This document shows positions 39,749 through 54,002 of a stretch of DNA of 64,000 nucleotides, one piece after another. How positions within the stretch are numbered: the first letter of the stretch is position 1; the number at the start of each line of letters is the position of its first letter. The notes under the pieces are model-generated. The model had not been told where the DNA came from, did no database searches, and saw only the letters and a list, made by a program, of their open reading frames with translations. The stretch comes from Tubiluchus corallicola (lineage: Eukaryota; Animalia; Priapulida). Position numbers and translations under genes: made by a program. The stretch spans positions 248,001-312,000 of the forward strand of contig JAQGDQ010000197.1 in assembly GCA_030141605.1 (NCBI GenBank), in the 5' to 3' direction.

Positions 39749-40787
39749 TTAAGGATACAAGTTCAAACTTTTAATGTCAAATATAGATTTCTTTTGATGC
39801 CTGCATATCATTACTAGTTTTTTGTGCCTCATGTCACTTAAATACTAAACAGCCGCCAGGAACCAAAATTATTCGAAATTTTCTTCCTTGTCCACATTCT
39901 CGAATTATCTTCAGCCCAGCTTCATATGGCTCTGATATTTAATCATTAGCGCATAGCAGTTCATGTCTAGATAACCGCCAAAGACCTCTCTTAACGGGAA
40001 TTTAGAACAAAAGTTTTCATCAATCAAAACCATTTTTTATACTTTTGGCAAGCTTTCTACAATTTAGGAACATAGTTTCTGTTAAAAGGTGGACTATCTC
40101 AAATAGGTGCTTTGGCATTATTATTTATTTGCATTATTGCATTATTATTTTTTGTATGAAAAAAACATTTAATCACCGAAAATAAAATCAAACACAAAGG
40201 TATTATTTAGCATTTTCATTTGAAATACCTCTTACGCGCTTTAATAAACAGCAGTGCATTATGAACTCGAGTAGAACATTTATTTCAACTCCAGTGAATT
40301 TTCTGTTCACAATGTTCGGTATTTAACGATAATCCATAAAATTGATCGTTCAACACAACTGCGTAATTATCCAACCAGCGACATTTGCACCGAACTGCGC
40401 CATTCGTCTGTTTTCCAATCAAAAACTCACTCCACCAAATACCCAGTAAGCAGTCGATTAAATCATTCGCTAAATAGATGAAACACCAAGAAGACGTGAG
40501 TTGTGCTTAAAAAAATAAACGTAACAATTTGGAGCACAATTTGTACATATACAAAAAGTCATATTGTAAACAGTTACTGTATCAGGCCGTTGGTGAAACA
40601 ATTACACGGGCTTGAATGCCAAGCTCTTGAGTAGCCAAGGTTTTCTGATACCCTTGGCTAAAACTACTGCTAACAGAAACAAACTATGGCTAAACTTAGC
40701 AGTTATGATTTATTATGTTTGCCCGGCTGGAAACGAGAAAAAATGGTTCATGGTTCATTGTATCGTAAATAGGCAACGAGAGTTGCG

Positions 40788-40954
<167 letters not shown>

Positions 40955-41630
40955 AACACTTTTAGCATCATCGTCTACAAAATACCGCTATTTAAGAACT
41001 TCGGCTTGTTAGCAAGTTATTCGACCTGGTTTGATTCCGTTAACACATTGAAATCTCAACAAAAATGCCAAGTGTAGCTGAACGTCACTAGAGCGCATAA
41101 ACATATCACAGACGCCAAGTGAACCTGTTTTACTTTGATTTAACCTTTACCATGTGGAATAAAAGGTCGCAGAAAGAGCGTTTTAACAGGGTAATAGAAC
41201 TCCGGGTGGTCTACAGTCTATAAGGAAAAATCGTTCAATCCTAGGTAGGTACCTCAAAGACCATTGATCCCAAATTACATGAAAACCTCGAATCTATTGG
41301 TTTATCGGAAAAATGTGGCTATGTCTGTCATCTTTTATTCTTTTGATCCAGCCTAAATTCGCTGCTGTTGCATTATAAAAGTTAGTGACTTTGCTAGGAC
41401 TAGAGTTAAGATACAGACTTTCTCGATGGCAAATGACCCGATGACCATTGGTCTTTCCTCTTTTTTTAACTATGACTACTTATTTATTGTATTATTTTAT
41501 TTATTTCACCCCTTCGTTTTACGTTGTTAAACTGCATTTTTGTAAAGCAGAAAAATAAAAAAATAAATTAAATTAAATCAATTAAAGTTAGGTTACAGCT
41601 AGTCTTTGAGCTGGATCATTAGAGCTAGGC

Positions 41631-42189
41631 TTAAAGGAAAGGTCAAGCCTTCTACGAGGTTAGGCTTATTTCAATGTTCGTGAAAAATGTTAGAAAGATT
41701 TAGTAATAAAACTGCAATAAGCGCCTCGTGCAACTAGCAAATCACTTTAAAGTCGTGTTCACTTCATGCTTCGGCGTTCCAATTTTCAATGCCCAATCTA
41801 ATTTCAATGACATCATTCGTCTTGAAGAAAAGTAGCGCATTGTCAACATTTACCAAAACTATATTAAGTTTTTACAAGAAAATAAATAGCTAATTTTGTA
41901 GTATTTTTGCGTAAACATTAGGTAAGCTCTAGAAGTTTGAATTAGTTTATGCAGCGCCGCTTATGGAAAGCCACGACGTACTTACGGAAAGCCACGAAAT
42001 CTCCCAGTTACGTCATGATTTTCAAGTGAATGGCGGCAACCACCAACGCCTGAAAAATTCTATTCAGAGAAACTATATTCCAAATTTATGCTTTATAGGC
42101 AGTTCTTTGCAAATTTCTTTGTTATATGTTTTTAAGTTTAAGTGATAACAGTAAAATAAACCCAACAACTGAACTCACCTTTCCTTTAA
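41631..42189 (+). mobile_element. Kolobok/T2-like MITE, copy C
   Basis: TTAA-AGGAAAGGT...ACCTTTCCT-TTAA; both ends align with copies A and B, with a longer interior. Confidence 0.87.
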
Positions 42190-43581
42190 TTTAGGATTAA
42201 AATTTCGCTAATGGCTAGTATTTTAGTCTTAAACTCACTGAGCTGCTAGGAGCTGACTAAGTGGCCAAAAAGACGAAGGCCTACAAACGAAATATATAAA
42301 TTGTCCCTACTAAGTTTTGTGGCGAGATTCTTCATGATGTTTGATATCATTAGATACCTTATTGCTTCCCTTAAACGATCAAAAGCTTAAACGGCACGTA
42401 GCGGAAGAAGTTAATTAGGCTCTAGGGAATGCTTATATGCTCAGTGTGACGCCTCTTCTGATTGATATTTAGAAACGTGAAATCAGCGACAAAGGCAAGT
42501 TTTTGGGTACTCATAGATTTACCTCTGCCGTTAAATACTCCTAAAGGAAATTTATAGCCTTAATTTCGAGGACTTATTTAGAGATAGCAGAAAATCCCAG
42601 TGTCGTTCATTTCTAAAAAGTTTGGCTTGACTGACAGATTGATAAATTGGCAATGAAACTAAGTTGTCGAAGGTCTGATTGACGAGGAAACATGCTGCCT
42701 TCATAAGAATTTCTGCAAACTGGCAGACATGCGCACTTTATTAGAACTGTCGATAGGCATCTTTACAGTAACATTCCGGTCAGCTTAATGGCGTAATACG
42801 TTTAACATTGCCATCATGAACACAACACGTCAGGAGACATGAGAGTTCAGGTACCAGCATGCCTTTGTCAAAGTCCAGCTGCCCGCATGACTTCAAGTTT
42901 TATATGAGCTTTACCTAGTCTGAGTATACAGTAACTTTTATTAATTCATTTCTAGGATAACAACGCATTAAGTACTTTAGCGTATAATAATACGGGGTGT
43001 TTCAAGGTCCCTCATATTTAAAAATCATTAAGAACTATTACAATTACAACTAAATGCCAATTCCGTGCCTGAGTTTATGATTTGTAAAAATTTTAGTGGC
43101 TTCACAAGTTTAGTGTAGCAATTTTAATTTTCGTTTTTATAGCACCCTATTTTCTATAATTATAATACTTAAGCCTATGTAAGCATACACTGTTGTGCCT
43201 CTTCTTTAGCGTTTGCATTGCAACAGTAGAAAACTTCAAACATAAAAAATTCGATTATTGAGCAAAAGTTTCGATTAGCTGCGAAAAAAATTAGAAATCA
43301 AATTAATAATGGATTTCTGAAACAGCATTCTGAAACTGAATAAGCTTGACAGTAATTTAACTGAAAAAGTATCTTGCCATTTATAATTATAATTCATGTA
43401 GAAACTTAGGTATGGAAAAAATAATATTGAAACTACAGTGTTATATCACTTCGTACTCCATACTTTAAAACAAAGAAGAAATAGAAGACTATTAAGCGAA
43501 ATATGCAGCCTCATCGAAGAATTTACATTATCTTTTACAGTAACGGTAAAAAGGGCGTGTTGGAACATGGCATTGACTAGA

Positions 43582-43699
43582 TTTACCATAAGGCACTGCA
43601 TTTCCGGTTCCAGAAAACTCATGGATGCAACTGAGTATTTCTTTACCATAAGGCACTGCATTTCCGGTTCCAGAAAACTCATGAATGCAACTGAGTATT
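43582..43699. repeat. Two-copy 60-bp tandem duplication
   Basis: tttaccataaggcactgcatttccggttccagaaaactcatg(g/a)atgcaactgagtatt starts at 43582 and 43642. Confidence 0.95.
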
Positions 43700-44369
43700 C
43701 TCTGTTTCATAATTCGATTCTGAAAAGGCTGTAATTAAGTGAAAGGTTGAAGCCTGGATGCTGAATGAAACGTGATCGTGATCAATCTATAGACGCAGAA
43801 ATCGTAAATGATTGATCAGAAAGCCAAACTGATTCGGAAACACAAAGCCGACATTTAAATAGACGAATTTGTGATTGGTATGTCGTAAAATCTGCCCATT
43901 AAGTGTTGCTTGCAAGATGAGAATGTGCATACGTCGCGCTTAATCTACTGAGACAAGATGCATAAGGAATGTAATAATGCTGATTACGTTTTGATTACTT
44001 CTTTAAAAACGTCTGCATATTTACAATATGACTACTAGCAATTACAAATAATAGATATAATTGTTTTTTCCATTTTCCTTATAAACGCGGATTTTTTCTA
44101 CTATACTGGTAGTTAATCTTATGCGGTAATGTAATCGTTTAGCATCACTCCTCATGCTGGGGCCATAATTGGCCGCGGCTCCCAGTCTTATAGGAATTCG
44201 CAATACAATGTGGGCTAGTAGAGTTCATACTAGCTTTGAAAAAAGCACGCGAACTTAAAAAACACACTGATCTAATAAAAACACGTTACAAATTTTATCT
44301 TGTCGTATTACATAGATAGCCCACTCATAATTCGTTGCCATGATGCTTCCCATACGCCAAGTATGTAGG

Positions 44370-44800
44370 TACGTTGTTTAAAAAACCGCACCAAATCTTA
44401 AACTGTAGGTCAAAACAATATACTTTTTAAAATATTGAAAGGGAGCATACTTTTTTTCAAGAATGACTTACGTGAAAGAATTATTACCACACAAACACAA
44501 TTTCGCGTTCAAGCGGCTAGTTCTTCGCTGTTACATGCATTTTGCCATTCTTTAGTTAGATAGGTAGTAGCACCTGCATATTGGAAATGTGATGCACAAA
44601 AAACAGGTGCTAAACCTCTCACTTTAGAAGTGTTCGTTTGTGACGTAGTGCACACGTTCGAGAGCTCTTGCGTGAGTACAGTGAAACTTGGAATTTGAAT
44701 TTTTATCTTAAAAGATGCGGAGTTTTAGCATAACAAGCAATAGCTCTTACATTGGCACTGTATTTCAATTTTCACTTTTGCAAACATGTGCAACACGCAC
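44370..44800 (+). repeat. Unclassified dispersed repeat family H, uninterrupted copy
   Basis: Aligns with 55550-55792 joined to 57107-57297 (e.g. ctagttcttcgctgttacatgcattt, gtgcaacacgca). Confidence 0.85.
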
Positions 44801-44959
44801 ATAGAATGTTTTTGCTGTTGAAAATTGTGTTCATTTGTGATGCCATCAATGCCTTTGCTTTCCCGCAGCTAACAATATTTTAACCCATTGTTTAATTATC
44901 AGAAATGTTTTTGCGTATTATTGGTGTTAAAATGTAAACTTTTTACTGTACTTCAAAAT

Positions 44960-45402
44960 GGGGTAGGATGTGAAAAATTATACTGTTTTCCTTTAAGTCA
45001 AGTGGTGTATTTACTGTCTTTCTTCAGGAGATCAAGATATTTCATCAGCTGCTGTCCTTCTTTTGGTTTCTTCCCAGGTGTTAATGCCTGATGGAATCTT
45101 ATGATGAGAAACCAATGGTAATCTAATGACATGTCCAATCCATCTAAGCCGACGCTTCTGTATGACCTTATACCAAACTTTCTTATTTGTTAAATTATTT
45201 TGAACCTGATTTGAATTTTTTGACCATTCTATACCTATCTTTCTGTACAGACGCCTTTGAAAGGCATCAATTTCATTTTTCTAAGCAACCTTTGACTGCT
45301 CAAAATTTGGAATTATACAAGAATGCAGATTCTACAAGTGACGACGAAATATTTAACATAGGTTAGTTTCTATGGTGAGATTCCCTCAGAACTGAGTTTT
45401 CG
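44960..45402 (-). mobile_element. RTE-clade LINE 3' fragment, decayed
   Basis: The minus strand reads SLVESAFLYNS, IDAFQRRLYRKIGIEW, VIQKRRLRWIGHVIRL and GKKPKEG. Confidence 0.82.
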
Positions 45403-46447
45403 TTAAAGGAAAAGCCAAGAGTCTCGGGAAGTTGCATTTAATATAATATTTGAGAGAAATTTTAGAAAACTTCAGTAACAGGATTGTGATAAGTGCCTCG
45501 TCTTATTTAAAAACACAAAAGAAATTTAAATCATTCGTATTTCCCACCAAACGAACCTCGCTGTAGGGATAATTTAAAAAAAGACTCAAGCTGGTGGACA
45601 GCAGGAAATCACATGTAACGAAGCTCCTACAGTTCGTTCAGAAATTCCGCTATTCTAGCTTATTAAAACATTTTGTGTAACTGTGTTTATGTAAAAATTA
45701 CTCGTCCGGTCAATTAGCAGTAACTTTAAAGTCAGCCTCGTGTAACTAGTAAAATCAATTTAAGTCGCGATCACTTCACGCTTAGGCCCACTAATTTTGA
45801 ACGAAAAATTGCGTCATCCGGTTAGCAGCTGCAGTTAGTATTATCAACTACAAACAGTCCAAAAGTTTGAACAGGAAATTAATAATACCATTCGTTCGCT
45901 GCTTGATGAATCACACTGACCACTACGTAATGAAAACCAGTTACCCACAAAAATTTTAACCTCCAACTCAACTAGTTAACGCTGACAATGTAAAAGAATA
46001 ACTATTTTAACAAGTTGAAACTGAACTCTATAAGCTAAGTAAACTGCCAGGCATTTTCTGTATACATACAGCCTCACAGAATTATATGGTTATCTGTATT
46101 GTAATATGTGTACTATATTTTGAGGTGTAAGCTTGTGGATTAAAGCTACGTAAGCATTTTAAAGTTACTGCTAATTGATCCGACTACAATTTTTTACGTA
46201 AACACAGTTAAACACAAAGAATTTCTGAGTGAACTGCAGAAGCTTTGTTACCCATCCTTCCTGCTGTCCACCAGCTTACGTCTTTTTTTTCAAATGTACC
46301 CGGGCGAGGTTCGTTTGGTGGAAGATACGAATGGTTTAAATTTCTTTTGTATTTTCAAACAACATATTTTATGCTGTAATTTTAATATTTTTAAATATAT
46401 ATTATTTTTCATACAGTGAATGTTGTTCAAGTTGGTTTTCCCTTTAC
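45403..46447 (+). mobile_element. Kolobok/T2-like MITE, copy D (long subtype) with an internal inverted insertion
   Basis: TTAA-AGGAAAAGCCAA...TTGGTTTTCCCT-TTAC termini; aligns with 33651-34460. Confidence 0.83.
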
Positions 46448-47039
46448 AACCTCATTTCCTTTACCATTTTCTTTTTTACTATTATGTTTATACCCATATC
46501 ATAATCGAATTCATCTAATTAGACAAAAATGGTGAGCCACCAAATACCGATATTTGCACAAGTTTGCAGTAATGTGATTTGGCGTGAAATATTTGTACAA
46601 GATATATTGATCGTTTGTTAGCTGAGAAAATAACCAAACTTCTATAATCCCCTGCGGCACAGTAAACCGTTATGTGATAAGAAAGCTATCAGACTTCGCT
46701 AAAAAGAGAATCATAAAAGTGATTTGGGAGCATCAAAATTTCAAGATTCCTTTGCTTCATGATTTTGTTACAAAACATGAAAATTTGTAAAGGGACGGTG
46801 GGGGAGGGTGTACGCATGAGTGGGCCTACAGTATAAACAAATAAAGCAAAAATAGTTTCATAATTGAATGGGTACATAATTTATCATTGGCCTTCATTAA
46901 TTTTTGCTCTTTTAATTGTCACGACAGTGGTTATAAATTATAAAATGCTGTATGCTTAATTAAAATAGGGTAAAATGACGTGAAACGAAAATCAGTGTTT
47001 TACATAAAAGGAACACACTATTGTTACTTCTACTCCACT

Positions 47040-47183
47040 TCTACCACTACCACAACCACCAACACCCCCACCACCACCACCACTACCACCACCACCACCA
47101 CCACCACCACCACCACCAACACCACCACCTCCACCAACACCACCAACACCGCCGCCACCACCACCACTACTCTACTACCACTA

Positions 47184-47271
<88 letters not shown>

Positions 47272-47369
47272 CACTACCACTACCACTACCACTACCACTA
47301 CCACTACCACTACCACTACCACTACCACTACCACTGCCACTACTACTGCTACACTACTACTACTACTAT

Positions 47370-47468
<99 letters not shown>

Positions 47469-47562
47469 CACTACTACTACTATTGCTACTACCTACCGCA
47501 AACACTACTACTACCACCACGACTACGACTACTATGACAACGACGACGACAACGGACGACTA
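47040..47562. repeat. Compound (ACC)n-(ACT)n-(ACCACT)n-(ACT)n-(ACG)n microsatellite
   Basis: About 520 bp trinucleotide-based tract; source of the poly-T/H/L/Y ORFs. Confidence 0.97.
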
Positions 47563-50500
47563 CTGGTACTAATAGTAATCTCCTCCTTTTAAATTATTGA
47601 CGCACATACATTTAAATTATAGGCGGTATACGCCTATAAGCTTTACCTGCTGATTTATTTGTGCATTAACTTCGCTTACTGGTTTTTACTGGTGCCATTT
47701 TTTGTAGTTAAGGCATCCCACGTCAATACTGTACAGTTGTACATCAGTAACATTGAAAACGCGAACATTTCAATTAGCTAGCTTCCGTAATTGTGCTAAG
47801 GCAGCTGGCGAGTATCGAATTTACAGGTTTGTCCTGCTCTTGTTTGAACATTTATTCCAGGTTTATTACAAAGGCACGTGGTAGTTGATTTCAACTTCCA
47901 AATGTCTTGCCCTAGTTTTCTTCTGTTCTGACAGTCCTGACTGATTATTTGCAATAATTGTAAAATAATAAGTCTATGCTATCAAGACTGTTTGTACGTA
48001 GATATGTTGTTTTGTTGTATGTTTTTATACGCTTGAACCATTATACCATAGACATGTGGTTTCTTTGCATTGTTATAGTTTGTTCCTTTTTTGTGTCTAG
48101 TGGATGCAATTTTTTCTTTTCTATTATGTTCTACCGTTCAGTAAACAGTTATATTATATTATAAACAATTTGTATTTAGTTAAAATGACATAAATATGTT
48201 TATATCGATCGAAATGCGGAAATGTATTTTGGTATGGGTAAAAGTAGCTTGCTGAAAACACTTGATGTGGCGAGATTTTTGAGTGGTATGAATGCTATAA
48301 TAACGACTCATCCAGATTCTGAAGAGAAAAACATAAACATAAACAAAAAATAAAGCCTGCAATGAACTAGCTAAAGGAAATAAATCGACTTAGACCCTTC
48401 AAAATGAAAATGTAAAAGAAGGTCAATTTTGTTTTCTCTGTTGCTAGTTTATAGTGGCACAACCATCACTTGACTAACTGGTTTCCCAAAAATTTGTTAC
48501 ACCAATATAATGCCTTTTATGGCGAAAACGTTCTTCGGCTTAATGGTGCTTTTGCCCAATTCCTCAGCATATTACTGTTAATATGCTTGTGGGATCAAAA
48601 CTGCTGGGGATGGTTTAAGAGCTGAGTTAGAGCTATCGCGGCAGGGCTAATACTTAACTTCTGCAAAAAACGAAGAAAGACAGATAGATGAGACTGTAAG
48701 CTTAGACTCACTAGAGTTAAAGGTGCTTCAAAAAATCTGAGTCCCGATATGTGTCTAGTCTTCGTGGACCGAACCTTTTAAGCAATAAGTGGACTTGACT
48801 GGATCTAGATCTATTCAACATCAATCCTCACAAAAACACTGATACGTACGGAGTGTCTATGGATGCATCGAAATTCATCTACAACCTCCTTCAATATGGT
48901 GTTTATTTTTTGCTGCCAAACTGTGAGTTGTATGTCATTAAAACTAAGAATGTCTTTTAACTGTGATAATTACTAACGAGAACAAGTTTTATACTGAATG
49001 CTATTTGTTAGAATTTGAGATCATCTGTTTGTGCTGCAACTAGGCAGAGTTAAATTACTCCACTAAATTACTGGTAAGTTATAGTAGTTGTAAATCTTCT
49101 AATGCCAGCAATTAGTATTCTGTTCTCTCTGCGTAACAAAATCAGGGAGTGTGTACGGTAAATCAAGGAATCTTGTGTCTGCTGAAGTCAGGGTGTATTT
49201 ACTGAATTAAGGATTATGTCTGCGCTTGATTAGTGTAAGCTAAGTACCACACAGTGCATCTTAATTATTCATGTATGTTTACATGGAATTTTTCTACAGT
49301 TAATTCGAAAGAAGACAATAAAAATGGATGGCTTTGCTCTGAAATCAAAAGCGGGGTTAACTTTGTTGTGCTTAATTATTTTCAAAATGAGCACTTCTGC
49401 CATGCTATGCGATAAGCTGCTTGAATGCGTGGATCAGCAGCGCTTGCTGTTCCTACGCCGCGCAGTCTCACAAATTCTTGCTCCCTAACACCTGTTACAA
49501 TGTAAAATCTGCAGACAAATCAGAAAAAAACATGAAAAATGCGTGCACGCACGTTTAGTAACAATTTATTAATTGTTCCAGAAAATATTTAACTATTACA
49601 TGCTTATCAGAAAATAGGAAATTGTTAAGCAATTCTTTGCAAAAAAGGATTCGACGATTTCCCTCAAGAATAAAAAGTGCAATATATAAGATTTGGGTGC
49701 AAGATTAAACATTGTTATCTTTGAATCAATATACTGAGCGTCTACGAAAAAAATGTCAATTGACGTGAAAACTTGTTGTGAAATTACAGTTTTTTATTAT
49801 ACTAGAATAAAATTAATTCCCAGTGTGCTGGTATAAAATTTATAAATGATCAGTCTAAAAGTAGTTGACAACAAAATTATTTTAAATTTTTCAACAGCAC
49901 ATGTGTGAATCCTTTTGTAAAATGAGGCTTTGTGCACTGTCGGCAGTATTGAGCCACCGTTTGATCTTGTCTGGTTTGAGCAATGATTTTTGTGTAAGCT
50001 CTTAATTTTATTGTGTCCGCCTGAGGTTGTTATACTAAATTACAATAACACTTAGATGCAGTTGAATTGTCTTTAGTTGACTCCATGCAGACTGACAGTG
50101 GCTTAAAGATTTATTTTATATTGTTAGCCTAATGCAATCGACTGTCAGTCAGAGCAGTTACTCTGTGTATGCTTGATGAGATGCATTTAGTCCTTTATTC
50201 CGAAAACCAGACAACAACACCCTTATGGGGATTACAAAACCAACGTCCGGCCAATTTCAGAAACTGAGTGTGTACACAAACGACTCGCTGCGCAAAGCAT
50301 TTAATCAATTCAGTTCAATTTCAGGGAGTAAATATCTCCTCTAAAAGCACAACGCAGATTAGCAAATTTATATGCATCATTATATGTAATGGAGTTTTTA
50401 AAAAGGGTATTCATGGCAGAAAATTGAAGTTGAAACAAACTAGGAGAAAGCCTAGTTTTACAAAAGGCAATTAAAAAGCATTTTCTTCTGCTTTTCAATG

Positions 50501-51536
50501 CAAAGCTGCAAGATGTACTCTGGTGTTTTTATTAGTCACACTAATAGAATTATAATTTCTTACCTATTTGTAACGAGTACAAAACTGTTTACACAAATGA
50601 AAATTTTCTTTGAGAGTTTTTTCATGTACACTAGTACACTAGATGTAAGCAATTATGTTAGGGAAGAGCAAATACAGACTGTAAACTTCATTAAAAATTT
50701 GTAGGAAAGTAAGCTATATGACGTAGCTGTTTGATTTTTTGACAGGAATGAGTTATATGCCATACTAACAGATCTTACAGTCACTTAATTGTATGTTTTC
50801 ACGTTGCTTATTAATCTTGTTAATTAATGTTATTTTACTTGTTGATAAAATTGTATTATTGATGCTATTTGTGTTACAAGTACGGATAAAAATGACAATG
50901 ACATAATTATATATAATTGCTGAGGCGATTTCTGGTTTGCTGAGTTTGTAGGGCGTGGAGTACAGATTGTTTTCATTTAAGTAATTCAAACGTGTGTCAG
51001 TTGTGCTGCCTTTAAACAGAACTCGTCTAACAAAAATATAACAATAATCTGTCATCGCTGTCGCTATTGCTACTGCTGTTTTCGGACTGTAAACTGTTGT
51101 TCTTGTTACTGTTGTAGTCGTTGTCATTGTGGTTATCGTGATACTTTTCCTGATCTTGGATCTTGATCTTAACTCACCATTACGGCAGCAAACTTTGATC
51201 ATAATTCTTTTATAACGCATTCATTATTTATTCCTTATAAACTTTTATTCAAATACTATTCAAGTCATTTTTTCCTTTTCTTTCATTGCTGAAAAATAAA
51301 ACATTTAACTGTGATTTTGCATCAGTGCTTTTTAATTAGTTAGCTAACTTATATATGTTAATACAAATTATACCAAAAATGTTAATTACTATCATTACTA
51401 TCACTGAAAATAACCTTTTTTTCCGCCAAGCTTATATTATTTAATTTTATATGTATGCACTATTTGACATGTATGTAAAGTATTGTGTTTTGCCAATGTA
51501 TTTTATACGTATTTGAGCAATAAATTGAAATTATAT

Positions 51537-51990
51537 TTTCTTGTTCTTGTTTTCTCCTTATTCTTGTTCTTGTAATTATTCTTGCTCTTGTGTTGGTCTT
51601 GTTCTTGTCTTTCCCTTGTTTTTCAATTTGGTCTTGTTTTTGTTTTTGCTTTGCTTTCGGCCTGGGTGTTGTTCTTGTCTTTCCTTTGTTCTTGAATTTA
51701 GTCTTCTTACCTTTGCCTTGTTTTTGGTCTTAGTCTTAATTTTGTTTTGTCTTGTTGTTACAGTCGTCTTTGCTCTTGTGCTTTATTCTTGCCTAGGCAT
51801 TGTCTTTGATCTTAGTCTTGTTTTCGGGCCTTCGTCTTATTCTTGTCTTAGCCAGCTTTGGTTTTAGTCTCGTTCTTGTCTTTCCTAGTTTTTGATCTTG
51901 ATCTTGTTCTTATATTTGTCTTGTTCTCATTCTTCCTTTTTTTGTCCTCGTTCTTATTCTTGTTCTTGCTGCTGCTCTTGCTGCTGCTCA
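51537..51990. repeat. Degenerate (TCTTGT)n hexamer tract
   Basis: Recurrent tcttgt/tcttgc/tcttag units; explains the hydrophobic ORF 51541-51867. Confidence 0.85.
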
Positions 51991-52436
51991 CGTTAGCTTT
52001 TGCAGGACAACACCGTAAATGAAACTAAATGTCGCTCTTTTGCTTATTAACGAAATTGAAATGTTTGTTAATGTTTTGATTCATAATAACTGCTGAATTT
52101 CCATATTAGTGAAAGCCAATGTTACGTAAAGTACTAATATCAGAATTTTGAATTAATTCCTTCAATACAGTTGCGCAGAAAATATGCAGATATACAGATG
52201 CAACGTTAGTAATGATTTTTGTTATTCGTCTAATTATGACACATACAAAACGCAAAAGATCACTTTTATAACTCCAAGCAAACAAAGCATTAAATAATGT
52301 ACGCGAAAATAATTTGAAAATGCAACGGGTAAAGTACTAATAAATAAACAAAAAAATAATCAACATTTTAAATACTTTGCCTAAAAAAGACCAATGGAAA
52401 TTCACGGATTGGCGCTTATCTGCAGACCTCACTAGG

Positions 52437-52725
52437 ACAGAAACTCAACAAGCCAAGGCCTATTTCAGCAGGAGTTCACTACAAAAAAGCCAACTAGTAG
52501 AGCTGAAGTTCAGCACACCAACGTCAACTAGGGCTCTAGTTCACTAGACCTGTGTCTGCTGAGACAAGCGTTTGTTAAGGCAGAGCCTGCAGTGGCAGGA
52601 GTTCACCAAATCAAATTCTGCTGAAGCAGCAGTTTACCAAACGAATGCCAACTGAGGTATCAGCAGTGAGTTTACCAAACCAAAGCCCGCTGAAGCAGGA
52701 ATTCAATAGAACGATGCCTGCCGCG
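52437..52725. repeat. Degenerate 31-bp minisatellite, about 9 units
   Basis: Units start at 52437, 52468, 52502, 52533, 52564, 52595, 52626, 52663 and 52695; approximate consensus GCAGGAGTTCACCA-(~7 nt)-GCCTGCTGAA. Confidence 0.8.
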
Positions 52726-53944
52726 CAGAGACGGATTATCCTGCAGGCTATTGCAGGCTGCAGCCTTGGTCTCTCAAAAAGGGCCTCAAAAAGTCATGTT
52801 CCGGTCCTGCTATTGGGGCACGCAAAAGTAGCATTTGTGGCTGGTATAGCATTGCTTTTTCCATTTGCCATATGTACCTATCGCGGTATACATACAACCA
52901 TATACAGTCGTTGCTCACACACAGCATTGTCATTTTAGCGAACTCATCGCGCTTTCAAACATGTCAGCTTCACAACTTAGCTTGGTCTCTGGAATGCCAA
53001 AAGCTGATAAACAGATTACTGTATTGCTAGGGGCTTCATTATGCTGCACACGTGGGTGGTTTTCTAATGCACGTGGCCAGCAGAAAGCTGTGGGCAGTAG
53101 GACTGACATATTGTCCGTATGTGGTGACTCCATTCAGCTCGGCATTGCCTGAGCTAAAGAAACAGTATAGGTTGTTCTTTTGTCATTGTCGACAATTGTT
53201 GAGATATTGCCTCTAGGGGCATCACAGTATCGAGATTATGTGCCGAAAATGGCTGTAATAATTTTAAAGTGATTTTACATAAAAATACTTTCAGCCTTCG
53301 TCAACAAGTTTTAAGTTCTAGCAATAAAGTCATACGCAGTTTTATACTTAATACTGTTATCATTTTAACTTCGAAAGTATGTGCCGTATTATAAATAGTC
53401 ATTATGGTCTGTTATAATTGTATCTTTCTCCCCACTACTACAAAACAAAAAAGGATCGTTAGAACAGTGGTCAAATGGCAATGTATTTTTCCGTCCCGCT
53501 GATACTACTTTGCTCCCCGCTGCACTGGGAAAATTTTATTGCAGGAAAATCTTGGACGGTTAAACGCCAAGCCCTCGAAGGCATCGGCCAGTAAAACGTA
53601 TAAACCGCAAAGGAATCTGACAAAAACCCGGTAATCGCCCTGAATTCTGTTTTCTGCAATTTAGGAGTTTGTGTTTTTAAACCGCCTGTCATGCGTTACG
53701 TTATTAATGTTGGCTATATTTTCTAATCCGGATATAGTTTAGATTGGGGCAAGTCTGTTAATCACCGTTATATTGCAGTAATTTCAAAACGTTTAGTCGC
53801 GGCTATAAACAAAAGCTGTCTATGCCTTTGGTATAATTCCCATTTTTTTCCAAAACAAAATAAATAGGCTTGCGAAATACTGACATTTATATAGGTACAA
53901 TACAAACAAAAACAAAATCAACAGCTAGTACAGAAAAAGACGTG

Positions 53945-53949
<5 letters not shown>

Positions 53950-53999
<50 letters not shown>
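53950..53999. repeat. (TA)n microsatellite
   Basis: About 25 TA units. Confidence 0.97.

Positions 54000-54002
<3 letters not shown>

Noticed and set aside
42991-43450. Tc1/mariner-like start tacggggtgtttc
   Set aside because: No convincing matching right TIR found.
46980-47572. Mucin-like or His-rich ORFs
   Set aside because: Compound trinucleotide microsatellite open in several frames.
51541-51867. Hydrophobic Cys/Leu/Val-rich membrane protein ORF
   Set aside because: Degenerate (TCTTGT)n tract.
52437-52725. CRISPR array interpretation of the 31-bp repeat
   Set aside because: Variable parts are only ~7-9 nt, repeats are degenerate, no cas genes are present, and the context is eukaryotic.
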